Positions 25,232-37,030 of a DNA stretch of 64,000 bases are shown piece by piece; the stretch's first letter is position 1; the number at the start of each line of letters is the position of its first letter. The stretch comes from Lama guanicoe. Taxonomy: Eukaryota. The position numbers were made by a program, and so were the translations under genes. Under the pieces are notes generated by a model, which saw only the letters and a program-made list of their open reading frames with translations, did not search any database and was not told the origin of the DNA. Where the stretch lies: assembly GCA_013239625.1 (NCBI GenBank), contig MU053376.1:1698833-1762832 (forward strand), given 5' to 3'.

Positions 25232-25523
25232 GTGGGTGAGGGGAAGACTCTCTCACAGAGGAGGAGTGTCAGGGATCTTGGAGAAGGGGCTGACTGGCCC
25301 TGATGTGGGCATTGGTAAGGGGTGGGACCATGGCCATGGAGGTTGGAGCAGAGGAGAGTGGCTCAAAATGGAGGCAGGAGATGGTTGGCTGTTGGGGATG
25401 TGGAAACCCAGAGGTGAGAGAGATCCTACAGAAGCGGGGAGGCCCCAGGGCAATTTTGTGGATGGTCACCAAAGCCAGCCAGGGCAGCTGCAGCATCCTT
25501 ATTCTCTTGTTTGCGTCCCTCAG

Positions 25524-25630
25524 CTTAGGCACAGTAGCCACGGTTGTTTCTGGCTCCATTGGCATCGTGGTCCTCATCTTGCTCCTGGCGGGTCTCTTGT
25601 CCATGACTCTGAAGAAATGGAGGCATGAAA
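25524..25630 (+). CDS. Unannotated TM receptor/adaptor: transmembrane exon (SLGTVATVVSGSIGIVVLILLLAGLLSMTLKKWRHE)
   Basis: ccctcag| and A|gtgagt. 107 nt, phase 2 to 1. Hydrophobic helix followed by a basic stop-transfer KKWR. Confidence 0.85.
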
Positions 25631-26082
25631 GTGAGTTGAATGGCTGGCTCTGGAACTGGGGATGAAGAAAGGGGCCAGAGATGGGGTATCTTTCCTTTGG
25701 GGCAGCCTTAGAGGAGGGAAGAAGGGGGCAGATTATAGGGTCTGTTCTTGAGATTGCCAGGGACTCAGCCCACAACAACAAGATTTATTTCTGGTACAAA
25801 TTCTTTATGCTACAAGCCACGTATAAGCAATCTGCATCGATGTGGTCTACATGCATCAACTAAAAGAAATATTGATGCCAGATAATCTTATCTAAATAAT
25901 AACCAAAATTTATAAAGTTTACCGACGGTGCTCACTTCCCCCCACTTCCTGGCCAAATGGTCAAATGGGTTGAACACGGTGGATTTTGCATTTCAAAGTT
26001 CAACCCTAAGTCCAGCAGTCGACCAAATAAAGATGGTTACTATCCCACCTCAGGCTGACTCTGAATTAATTAATTTTTCTAG

Positions 26083-26135
26083 GACTATTTAAGAAACAGC
26101 TGAAGCATCAGACCAACTTTCTCCACAAATCCTCG
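26083..26135 (+). CDS. Unannotated TM receptor/adaptor: cytoplasmic exon (RLFKKQLKHQTNFLHKSS)
   Basis: tttttctag| and TCG|gtaagg. 53 nt, phase 1 to 0, in frame with both neighbours. Confidence 0.82.
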
Positions 26136-26410
26136 GTAAGGAAATTGTCGAGTCCTCCCTATAGGGGCTCCTGGTCATCTCTGCCAGGGTTTCATGCTGT
26201 TCCTAGATAGACCCCACACAGGGGGTTGGGGGGATGAGGCAGAGAACAGCCCTAAAAGAAATGTTTTGAAAATCAAGGGCGATCTAGGCCTTGCTCAGCA
26301 AGAACCCAGTGTTCCACTTGCTGTCTGGTCGGGACCCCTGTAGCTGGTTTTGTCTTTGGAAGTCGCTGGTGCCCAGCCATCTTCCTCTAACCTGAGTCCT
26401 GTTTCTAAAG

Positions 26411-26569
26411 GAGTTTTCCTGCCATGCTGACGCCATATATTCCAATGTGATCAACCTGGCCTCCTGGAAAGAGGATGACTTCGCTGTCTATGCCAACGTG
26501 CCCCGTTTTGATCGCCCCAGGAGGACGTCACCAGACCAAGTGGAATACGCCTCCATTGTATTCCACTGA
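26411..26569 (+). CDS. Unannotated TM receptor/adaptor: terminal exon with tyrosine motifs (EFSCHADAIYSNVINLASWKEDDFAVYANVPRFDRPRRTSPDQVEYASIVFH*)
   Basis: gtttctaaag|, phase 0, 52 codons then TGA at 26567-26569. Contains YSNV, YANV and VEYASI. Confidence 0.85.
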   Translation, partial: EFSCHADAIYSNVINLASWKEDDFAVYANVPRFDRPRRTSPDQVEYASIVFH

Positions 26570-27309
26570 TCAGAAGCCAATCGGAAGCCAGCGAGATGCT
26601 TTAGAGTGGAGGGTCAGACCTATGCCCTAGCTGGATCCTGATGTGGCTTTTGCTTTAGTGGGGTGTGTGTGTGTTTGTTTAAAAATGCATAAAACACATT
26701 CAGATGAAGGAAAATGGCTGGGTGTTTTTTCTAATTTATTGGAAGCAAAGTGCAGTTCTGATGGAAAGGAGTGACATATGAGAGACAGGGGACACCATCC
26801 TTCGAGCCACCCTGAGCCCCAGAAGTAGGCTCCTGAGAGAAACTGGCCAATAGAGGAGCCCTTTCTAGCCCCTGCCCCTCCTGAGGCTAGGGCTGAGGAG
26901 AGGGGCTTATACCACTCAGGGACCAGCGTCTAGATTTTGTCTTTCCTGTCCTACCCTGTCAGGAATTGACACTCGGTAGAGGTCAATTCATGAGTCATGC
27001 TCATGTCTGTGGAGATGTGAATGGCTGACTGCCGTGTAAGTCTTTGCAAAAGCTCTGCTGGACAGATGTACCAAGTGTAGGGGGAGGAGGCATATGGGAG
27101 CTGCAGGTACGTGTGAAGCACTTTTCCAGAGGGACTGAGACCTGGCGAGCTCCCACAAAGAATGAGAGGGCCATCTGGGACAGGAGCTGGGAAAGGAGTG
27201 CCCAGGGGGTACTTGTCACCACTGACCAGGATCTGCCCCGTGGGGACTTTGGAAGATATCTGGAACTTTGAAATTGATTCACTCTTTTTTTCCTCCATTT
27301 AAAAACACG

Positions 27310-27740
27310 TATTAAACACCACCATATCCTAGACCCTGGGAATACAGCAGTGAACCCAGTGGACAAAACTGGTCCTCACAGAGCTCTCCTTCTGGGGTGG
27401 GGGTGGGGGGAGACAAGCAATGAACAAATAAACAAGCAAATACACAGACTGTCAGATGGAAACATGTGCTATGGACCAAAATAAAGCCAGTCATGGGAGG
27501 TAGGGTGCACCAGGTGGGAGCGGGTTGTTATTTTGTATTAGATGGTCAGGGATGGCCTCAGTGATATTTGACCTAAAGGAAATGAGAAAATGAGACTTGG
27601 TAAGTGGGGAAGAGCATTTCAGGCAGAGGAAACAGTAAGTGCAAAGGTCCTGAGGTGGACATGTACCTTACATGGTCAAAGAATAGCAAGGACATGAGTG
27701 TGTCTGGAATGGAGGGGGACAGTATGGGGCGATGAGGTTT
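27310..27740 (-). mobile_element. L2 fragment
   Basis: 'ctgggaatacagcagtgaac', 'ggtcagggatggcctc', 'gcagaggaaacag.aagtgcaaaggtcctgaggtgg'. Confidence 0.7.
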
Positions 27741-28360
27741 GTGCAACAAATCGAGCTTGAGTTTGGGAATCAGTGATCTAAGGCAGTCTTTCCCACAGCA
27801 TAGTCCGTGAAATGTTAGTATAGAGTCCCTGGTCCTCTGAGGATTATGCCTCTGGCTGTACCACTCTCTGAGCTCCTGATCCTCTCATCTGTTAATCTCC
27901 AGATATTCCCCTCGTTTATAGGGGATTCCTGGTCTCCCCTACACCCTAATCCTGTCATCACCCAAGGTGACTGCAGTGGCGGTGGAGATGGTCCTCTCTA
28001 CCTCTGAGCTCAAAGTTCCCCAAAGTGTGTTCTTCCAGTTATGGGAGCTGTTAATGGGTGTTGGGATGGAGAGAGAAAAAGAGATCTATGACCAAATAAG
28101 TTTGGGAAATAATGAATACGTAAAGAAGAATGGAGAAAAAGAAACTTTCATTTAAAGCCAAAGCTGATGGAAGCCACTTCTGTCTTCGGAGAAGGACGGC
28201 ATCGTTTCCATTAATAAGAAAACACATACCCTCTGGCTCCATTCCATTTCTAGGGACTGGAGAGGGGAGGAAAATGCAGGAGGGAAACACAAAGATTTCT
28301 AAGCCTCTGCCACCTTTTCTGGGTTGATAATAGGCAACTCCTTTGTTTTAGCAAAGATGT

Positions 28361-28490
28361 ATGGTGATCATGTGCCCTGGTTTGTTAGGGACTTTCCTGG
28401 TATACACTTCTTGTCCCAGCAAAACTATAATTAGGTCCTCTTTCATTCTCAAAAGTGTCATAGTTTGAATGATAATTTATGTGGTCATCT
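28361..28490. mobile_element. MER94-like hAT MITE
   Basis: Ends 'ggtgatcatgtg' and 'tatgtggtcatct'. Internal 'tttcattctcaaaagtgtc'. Confidence 0.6.
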
Positions 28491-29398
28491 GTTAACTAGG
28501 CTATGAAAATTCGAAAGCAAACCCAAGACCAATAAAGAGGGGAAAGCAAAGATGTTTTGTACAATAAAGTGAGGAGGATGGAGCTGGGGTGGGGGTGGAG
28601 GAGGCTGCGTGAACGGTGAATTAGGGAGGTAATGAGGAAAGTCTTGAGGAAGGGGGGGCTAAAATCATGTGAAAGTCTTCCACTACTGCAAACCTCAGCA
28701 ATGCCCACTGAACACACCAGTGAATTGTGCGAGCACTTTGGGGAAAGGGACATCATGGAAAGGGGATGGGGATCCACATCTTGGTTAGCACAGAGCAGAA
28801 ATAAGAGAAAAGTGGTAAGAGGGGCGATATGAATGAGTTGGACAATTCAAAGGGAGGTGGAACTCAGGGCCAAAAGTAAACACAAGAATATAAACCCTCT
28901 GAAAATTCTCAGGAATCTCAGGGAGGGCACCAGAGTTTTCAAAGAATCTACAGTTGGCAGATTGCCAATGGTATTTCAATGGACAGTTTGACCTTGGCAT
29001 GCATCTCGGTTGTAAAATTTCAACAGGTTTCTTTCTTGTGAGACTTCTCAGAGCCTTCAATTTGTAATGTACTTTGTGAATAGTCATGTAGTAGTCTTAA
29101 AACTCCCTTTTATTTCCCCAGGAAGCATCCCATAGGACAGGAAGTAATCCTTGTAGCATCCTTGTTTAAGCGTGTATTGTCATTGGTACTGCCCATTATC
29201 ACGGGGGACCCCGGCGACCAGGCAAACTCCGAGTCTGCTTCTACCCGGAGAGGGTGCAGAGTGACTATTATTAGAGTGTCATGTGACAGCTGGGGTGGCT
29301 GTGCCCGGCCTGAAGCCAGGACACCCCTTCTTCCAGCTTTGATTTGTGCACAACAGCTCCAAATTTGTAGTGAGCCCATCAGAGACATCTTTCTGGGG

Positions 29399-29628
29399 CA
29401 GTAGCTCTCAGCTGGGGGCAATTTTGCTTCCGCCTCCCAGGTGCTATTTGAAAATATCAGGAGATATTTTTTATTATCACAGCGGAGTGGTGTGTGTGCG
29501 TGTATACTGGTATATAGTGACTTGAGGTCAGGGATGCTGTTAAATATCCCACAATGCACCAGAAAGCCCCTCACAAAATAGAATTATTCTGCGCAAAACG
29601 GCAATAATGCTGCTGTTGAGAAGCCCTG
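29399..29628. mobile_element. MER20 (hAT-Charlie)
   Basis: 'cagtagctctca.ctgggggcaattttgc...gaggtcagggatgctgttaaatatcc.acaatgcac...ttgagaagccctg'. Confidence 0.8.
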
Positions 29629-32299
29629 CTCTTGGCTTTTCCTGGAGCTCGTGTGTGAGCCCGCCTTGGTGCTGGCTCCTGTACGTACCTATGATGAAGA
29701 TGCTGCACAGGCTCTCCATGCCCCAAGCTTGGGACCCACAATGATTTCAACAAAAGTAAGATGAGCACTAAATAATAATTTAAAAAATCTCAGCAACTGA
29801 AAGCATAGATGAGCAACCATCCAAATTTGCCTGGGACTGTCCCAGCTCTAGCTCTGACAGCTCTAGGTTGCAGGAGACCCCTCAGGGCTGGGCTGCTAGC
29901 AGCTAGGACTTTCCGCTGCTGAATCAACCCTTGTGATTTTAGATCAAGCCGCTGCCCTTCTCAGGATGGGAGAACTCTGAACCTTTCCGGCTGAAGCCCC
30001 AGAGGGCAAGTAAGTTATACACTCCAGGGAGGCTCAGATCGTGGGCAAGTCCCTCCAGCTCATCTTCAAAAGAAGTTGTCTGCCACCCACTGTCCTGGCG
30101 GGTGTAACTATCCTCACCTTGCTGGTCCGCCCGCATCCCCGGCTCTTGCCTCGCGTCACACTTAGAGGAGCTGCTCGGTGCATTTTGCTGAACGAGTGAA
30201 TGGGTGCTGCTCTTGTAGAAGAGTCTCTGTTAAGTAGGCAGAGGAGCTTGTAGATGTTTGGTCACGTGGTGACTGTTATTTCTCCCAGGAAAGTGTAATT
30301 CTGCAAGGCTCTGAACTGCCCCAAAGAAAATGTATCTGTTTTTAACGAGGGCGGGGATTTGGAACATGAAATGCTTTACAAAGTCCTGAGAAAAATCTCT
30401 CTGTATGACTGGAAATGAGGCTCACTTGCTCCCTTAATGTTTCTATTAGCAGATAGAAAAAGCCAGCTTCTCAGTGCCCGGCAGGGAGGAGTATTTTATT
30501 ACTGACATTATTTGGAATTACTGGTGCATGGTGATAGTAAAAAGCAGACTGCTTTTAGTTGGTTTCATTATTTTTTAAATCCTCGCAGAGAACACACTCC
30601 CTAATGCCTGCTTCCAGGATGGGCAACTCCCACTGCCACCTTCCCTGCCACCCCCTGCCCCGTCCCGTTCACTTTCTGGTCAGCCTTTAGTCTTGGTCCT
30701 TCACTTACCGTGTACAACCTTTGGCAAGTTAACTAATTTCTTTAAGTCCAGATTTTCTCTTCTGTAAAACAGAAATAATAATTTCAGTTGAAATAATTAT
30801 CTCAGTAACCTGTGACTACTTCACGGATAGGTGTTATCAGATGACATTATATGACAATATTCTGTAAATTATAAGAAGCTGTAGAAAGTGTGAAAAATCG
30901 TTATCAATCGATTATAGGACAATTGATTATCTCACAAGGAGGTATTTCTCATTGATCAGTTGAACGGAGTGGATTGGCAGGACAATTTTGCCATCACTAG
31001 ATGGGATGGCCACTATCAGAACATTTTTTTGAGAAGTTGCCAAGTACCGTTCAGCAACGGCTCCTCATAAACAGGGACTCAACAAGTAAATAAATCATGG
31101 GGTCCCTAATTTTTCACTTCCTTAAGAGCCAATGATCTAAGGGGAGTTAAAACAGGCACAAAACAATGAAAAAAATTGTATGCAAAGAAGGCTATTCCAG
31201 ATGGAGAAAAAGATATACTGAATGTATAAAGGTCCAGACTTAGGAAACTGATGAGTGTAGAGAGATGTCCCTCATTCCAAAAGGATTCCTGTTTTTAAAA
31301 GGGGGTGTATTTCAGGCTTTGTGAAAATAGTTCACTTCTTTAATATACTCAAAAAATATGTTTCTGGGCATAAATGTTAAAAACTTGATTTATTAAATTC
31401 ACCAATGTTCCCTGGAAGCACACCAGCTGAGGCAATCTTGACCACACAAGGAAAGATGGGGGACAGCAGAGCTCTCCATGTGTTAGAAGGATGTTCCTTG
31501 AGGCTTGGCATCCTTACACTCCCACCCAATTCCTCCTGCGTCTTTGCTTGCTCTTGGGGTCTCCTTGGCAGGCTCCATCTGTCCCTCTGATATCAGAGCA
31601 CCTCTGGGCTCTCTCCTGGCCCTTTGTCCTCTCACTGTACTGCCAAAGGCTTTTGTGTCATCTGCTTGCTGATGTCACTGAAATCTACGTCTCCAACTAT
31701 AGACAGACACATACATCTACCTGCTTGGGTGTATGACAACAATAATAATAATATAAGTTAATCTTCCCAATGTTCAGTTTTTTAAAATTTTAAAGCAGTA
31801 TCTGTAGGATCTTCCTTACACGGTTGTTTTGAGGATTAAAGGAGTTAGTGTATATGAAGCAACTTCATATACCCTGGCACTCAATGAATAGTGTAGCATT
31901 TATTACTAATAAGAAACAGATTTGAAAAAATAAGTTCAAACACACAAGGAAATAACACTATATACTGAAAAATGAGGATCCATTGCTATCCGGATTGCAG
32001 CGAAATAGACATGCTCAAACACTGCCAATGGAACATGTGCTCTGAAAGCAGAAGGTCAGTATGATGTAAAAGCCATAAAGTCACTCTCCTTTGGCTTAAA
32101 TATCCTCCTGGAACTTTATCCAAAGGAAATAGTCTGAAATAAGCAACAAGAAGTCAGTATGTACAAAGTTACCCATTATGGTGTTGTCTCCAGTAGTAAA
32201 AACACTGAAAACGCCTGAATGATGCCCCAAAGAATGGTCTGGAATTTGAGGTTATATCAGCAAGGTGGGATATTAGGCAACCAATAAAAATGCCATGGT

Positions 32300-32540
32300 C
32301 AGCGGGTGGGGAAGGATAATTTAGGAGTATGGGATTAACAGATGTGCACGACCGTATATAAAATAGATAACAAGGATTTATGTATAGCCTAGGGAACTAT
32401 ATTCAATATCTTGTCATAAACTATGATGGAAAAGAATTGAAAAAAAAGAACATAGATATGTACATATATATGTAAAATGGAGTCACTTTGCTGTATACCT
32501 GAAACTAACATGATACTATAAATCAAGTATAATTTTTTTT
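32300..32540 (+). mobile_element. L1 3' UTR fragment
   Basis: 'gggattaacagat...tatataaaatagataacaagga...agggaactatattcaatatcttgt...cactttgctgtatacctgaaactaaca'. Confidence 0.85.
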
Positions 32541-34089
32541 AAATGCCATGCAAACCGTTTGGGCACAGAGGGACCCACATGTGCAGATGCCCTGAGGTGG
32601 GAGGGAGCCTGGAAGAGTGTGAAAAGAGAAAAGCAAGCAAAGCACCTGAGGTCCAGCCAAGAGGGTAGCTCTCCTTCAGGATCTAAGCGCGACAGGAAGC
32701 CGCTGCAGACCTGTAAGCAGAGAGTGACAGAACCAGAACTGCAGGTTTTAAAAGCTCATTCATAATAATGTGGAAAACAATTTGGGAAGCTATTTTTAAA
32801 AACACACACACAAGCAGGCAGGGAAAGCATTCTTGTGAAAATGTATAGGATGATTGGGTCATGAGTAAGTTTTCTTTTTTCCCTTTCCAAAAATTCCTGA
32901 ATCCTGTTGACACATCATTTCCCTCCCTTAAAAGCGGGGAGAGAGAATTGATTCTCCTGCAGAACACAGCTGTGTTCTCTGTGAGACACCGCGCCCCATG
33001 AAGGTCAGCGGCACCGTGCAACGGGAAAGCCTGGGAGGGATGTGGTCTTACGAAATGGGATGTGAAAGTGAGTTATCGACCTCCATCAGCCGCCGCTCCT
33101 TCTCCACCAGATGATAAGCTTTCAGAAGTAGCTTCCTGTTGATGGTACAGATGTTAGGGCTTCATTTATCACTGTCTGATCTCCTCTCAAATCCTGCCTT
33201 TAGGCCTGGAGTCTGTCAGCTCAAAGCAGAGAGAGGAGGACCACCTCAAGCGGGGCTTGGCGGATGGAGGCCTGGGCGCTGACCTCCCAAGGAGCACCCG
33301 TGGCCTCTGGGGAGGAGAGACTAAGTGCCTTGCAGAGCAAATCATCGTCTCGTCTTCTGCAAGTGTTTGCATGCAGTTAGGCAGTGTGTGAGACGCGGGC
33401 CTGCGCCAGGTGTGTATTACATCCACTCACTTATCCAAACCACAAACGCTGGTTGAACACCTACTAGAAGCAGGTGGAGTTCAGGTGACTGTGGATCAGT
33501 AGAGTAAGACACAGACCGTCAATTTACAGCAGAGTCGTGGATGATCAAATTGAAACTCCTTACAATTATATATGAAGAAAACGCTGTCCAGAGGGGTCAA
33601 ATGCCTCAGTTCTCCAGGTCACTGAGGTCCAAGTTCAGTGGACTTTGTATTGTTGTCACACTGTCCTAGTAAGAGTATACACACGGAGGACCCAAAATAT
33701 GTCATGTTCAAAGATCCTGAACACCTACATGATACTGTAAGCCTTGGAGTGGCATCATGGAAAGTTCTGGTCCAGGAGTGGTCCACACAGAAGAGCAGAG
33801 TGTTGTGAATGTTAGCCAGCTTTGGCTGCTGCCATATCTACAGTGGGTTCAGGTAAAAGGGGAATCAAAGCAGTGGGTCAAAAATTTTGGCTTGATTCCT
33901 GTAGATTAACTATAGAGTTAATTACTGAGAGACCTCGGCAGAGAGGTGTATGTTGTCAGTAGCAGGGGAACCTGGAGGGTGTGGAAAACCCAATTAGGCA
34001 ATCACTCTGTACAGCTTCCAGCGTTCCATGTATTCTTAAATTCTGAGTAAAAACAGGGCTTCATGTTTTTTCTTTTTATTCAGTAAATA

Positions 34090-34618
34090 CTTATTTATTT
34101 ATTTTTTGTTGAAGTACAGTCAGGTATAATGTGTCAATTTCTGGTGTACAGCATAGTGTCCCAGTCATGTGTATACATACATATGTTCATTTTCATATTG
34201 TTTTTCATTAAAGGTTATCACAAGATATTGAATATAGTTCCCTGGGCAATACAGAAGAAATCTGGTTTTTCATCTGTTTTTATATGTAGTGGTTAACATT
34301 TGTAAATCTCAAACTCCCAAATTTATCCCTTCTCTCACCCTTTCCCCTGTAACTGTAAGATTGTTCATTATGTTTGTGAGCCTGTTTCTATTTCGTAGAT
34401 GAATTCATTAGTGTCCTCTTTTTTTCTTTTCTTCTTCTTCTTTTTTTTCTTTTAGACTCCACATATGAGTGATATCATATAGTATTTTTCTTTCTCTTTC
34501 TGGTTTACTTCACTTAGAATGACGATCTCCTGGTCCATCCATGTTGCTGCAAATGACATTATTTTATTCTTTTTTATGGCTGAGTAGTATTCCATTGTAT
34601 AAATATACCACAACATTT
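34090..34618 (-). mobile_element. 5'-truncated L1
   Basis: ORF 34452-34649 'LWYIYTMEYYSAIKKNKIMSFAATWMDQEIVILSEV' is an L1 ORF2 end. Confidence 0.9.
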
Positions 34619-36860
34619 TTACCTGGGGCTTTGTGTTCTTAACATACACTATGTAAAGGAAAGAAAACTGCAGCTACAGACATATTTCCACAGTAAGCTC
34701 ATGATACATCACAAGTCAGAAAACACTGAATAAGACTCAGCCCGAGGGGTAGATTTCTAAGCATAAGTTAGGGAATAAAAATGTCAATAGCTACCATTTG
34801 TTGTTTACCACAGAAGGGAGCTACTGTGAAGTGCTTTGCCTGTTTATTTGTACTATTTAACTTTAAACAAACTTATGAGATTTTTAAAAATTAGATATTT
34901 ATTATTAACCTATGAGAAAACTGAGAATCAGAGAGGTTAAGTAACTTTTCCCAAGTCACCCAGCTACCAAGTAGCAGAGACAGGTTTCACATCTGAACAT
35001 ATCTAACTCAGGAGCCATTATTCTACACTGGTTATCTTTCCCGAGCAGGGAGGGATGTGACATCACAGAGGCACATAAAGTTCTGCTGTCTTTGTTGTAT
35101 ATCATCTTATCCTCCTCCTGTTCTTCTTTACTCCCAAATTTAGATCTTGGGGGTTTAGCCTGATATCCCCCAAAAGCCTACAATCATACTTCCTTCCCTT
35201 CCTGACAGTATCTATCATATAAACTGCAACAGCCGTCTTAGGCTGGCCTCATTTAATGTTTGATGGCAAAGAAGGCCTCGAGAAATTCTTCTCATCAGCT
35301 GCCATATGCCCCAAACACACTCTCTTTGTCCTTTGTGGTCATATCACACACAGATTCGGAGGTGAGGCAAGCTGGAAGGGACCTTTGCTAATATCTAGAG
35401 ACCCACTTCTTCATTTTGTGGAGGAAGAACGTGAGTCCCATGGTGGGAAAGTGATTTTCTGAGCTCATACAGCAAGTTAGTGCCCGAGCAGGGACTTGAA
35501 CCCAGGCCTCTTGACTCCTCCTCCAGTGCTCTTTCCGCTCTCCCAGGCTGTGTGCATATTCATGGTATTGAAAAAAGTGTGTTCACACGGAGAGAAAAAG
35601 ACTTCTAACCTCTGTTTACGTAAACTGCATAGCGCAGTAGGGTAAAGCCTTGCCGAAAGAGATAGGTGTTATCTGTCGCTTCCCCCCACCTCTCCTCAAC
35701 TGAGCTAGATTATTATCTTCTGAGCAGCAAGCCCTCACCCTGTTGGAAATGATGAAACATTTGTGATTGACCTCCAATGACAGAGAAGCTTCCGAAAGGA
35801 GCCTGGGGAGTGGGGAGGGAGATGTTTCCATCAGGACATCGCTGAAACACAGGCTGGGATCAGACCTTTCTCATGGTTCTGGGGGTAAGTATTATCTGGG
35901 GAGGTAGGATTTTAAATTAGTTTGAGGGGTGTGTGTCTGCTTGTGAGCATGTATGTGCAGAAGTTTCAGAGGGGATTCTCCGTTTCTGTGCTGGGATTCT
36001 GGGGTGTGAAATTCAGTTGCCATCGGCTTTAAGTGAGCTTAAGATTCAGCAGTTTGTGCTTTATGGGCATTAATCTCTTGCTCCTATGACCTGAAATGTG
36101 TCTGCAGTAGCAGCCGTAGCCTTCCAGGCTCTGGCTAGGCTAAACGTTTGTAAGCCTCAGTTTCCTCATCTGTAAAATGGGTATTAAGCCACCCACCTCA
36201 CAGTGTTGCTATGAGGATTATCAGCAATATACATTTACTGCCCCAGTCCAGTCCTCCATCAATAGTAGCCGTAAATTAATTACTCTCTTTAAGTCAACTG
36301 GGAACTGGATCCCAGGGAATATCTCCCTGCAGGAGTTTTTTCCTTAAGACTCATTCTGAGCTACAAAAAAACCGGGATATGTGGAAGGGAAGGAAGGCAA
36401 CCAGCCTGGCAGTTTAAAAATGTTATGAATGGGAATCAGAGAATGCATGCTGTCAAAGAAAAGAAGTCATGTAAACATCCATGCAAGGGAAAACATCCAT
36501 GCAACAACAGCAGAATATAATAGTTGATCCTTAGTGGTTTGCAGGTGTCACACATTAATGCACTGAATCCTCACAACCACCCTGAAAACGAAGGTGCTTT
36601 TAGTAGCTTCTCTTTATGGTTGAGGAAACTGAGGCACAAGGTGTTGAGTAACTTGACTGAAGTCAGTGACAGAAAGTCTTCTAGAGGACTTCAGCGCAGA
36701 AGAGTATTCCTAGAGCAGGCCTCTCCCCATCATCTCTGCAGCTCAGAAGTGTAGACTAGGCGCTCAGGGAAGACTTGGTGATTGGCCAGCCCCGCTCTTA
36801 TTCTGTGTACTGACCTTGTTGTGTGAGCTTTGGCAACTCTGCTTAATACAATGCCCTGGG

Positions 36861-37030
36861 TAGGATCAGCTGCGTAACTGGCAGGACCCCCTGCAAGTGA
36901 ACATCTGGGGTTCCTTGTCTAAAATTATTAAGAATTTAAGGATTGCAACAGCAGAGCACTAAACGGATCAGGGGGCCCTTCAAAACATGAGGCCCCACTA
37001 GACTGCATAGGAGGCATGCCCACAGCCCTG
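36861..37030 (-). mobile_element. MER45A-like hAT-Tip100 MITE
   Basis: 'aaaattattaagaattt...cagcagagcactaaac...ggggcccttc...gactgcatagg...ccctg' matches the recalled MER45A layout. Confidence 0.75.

Noticed and set aside
25303..25665. 120-aa ORF with two hydrophobic stretches read as a single-exon gene
   Set aside because: Only 25524-25630 is bounded by splice sites. The first hydrophobic run is the translated polypyrimidine tract.
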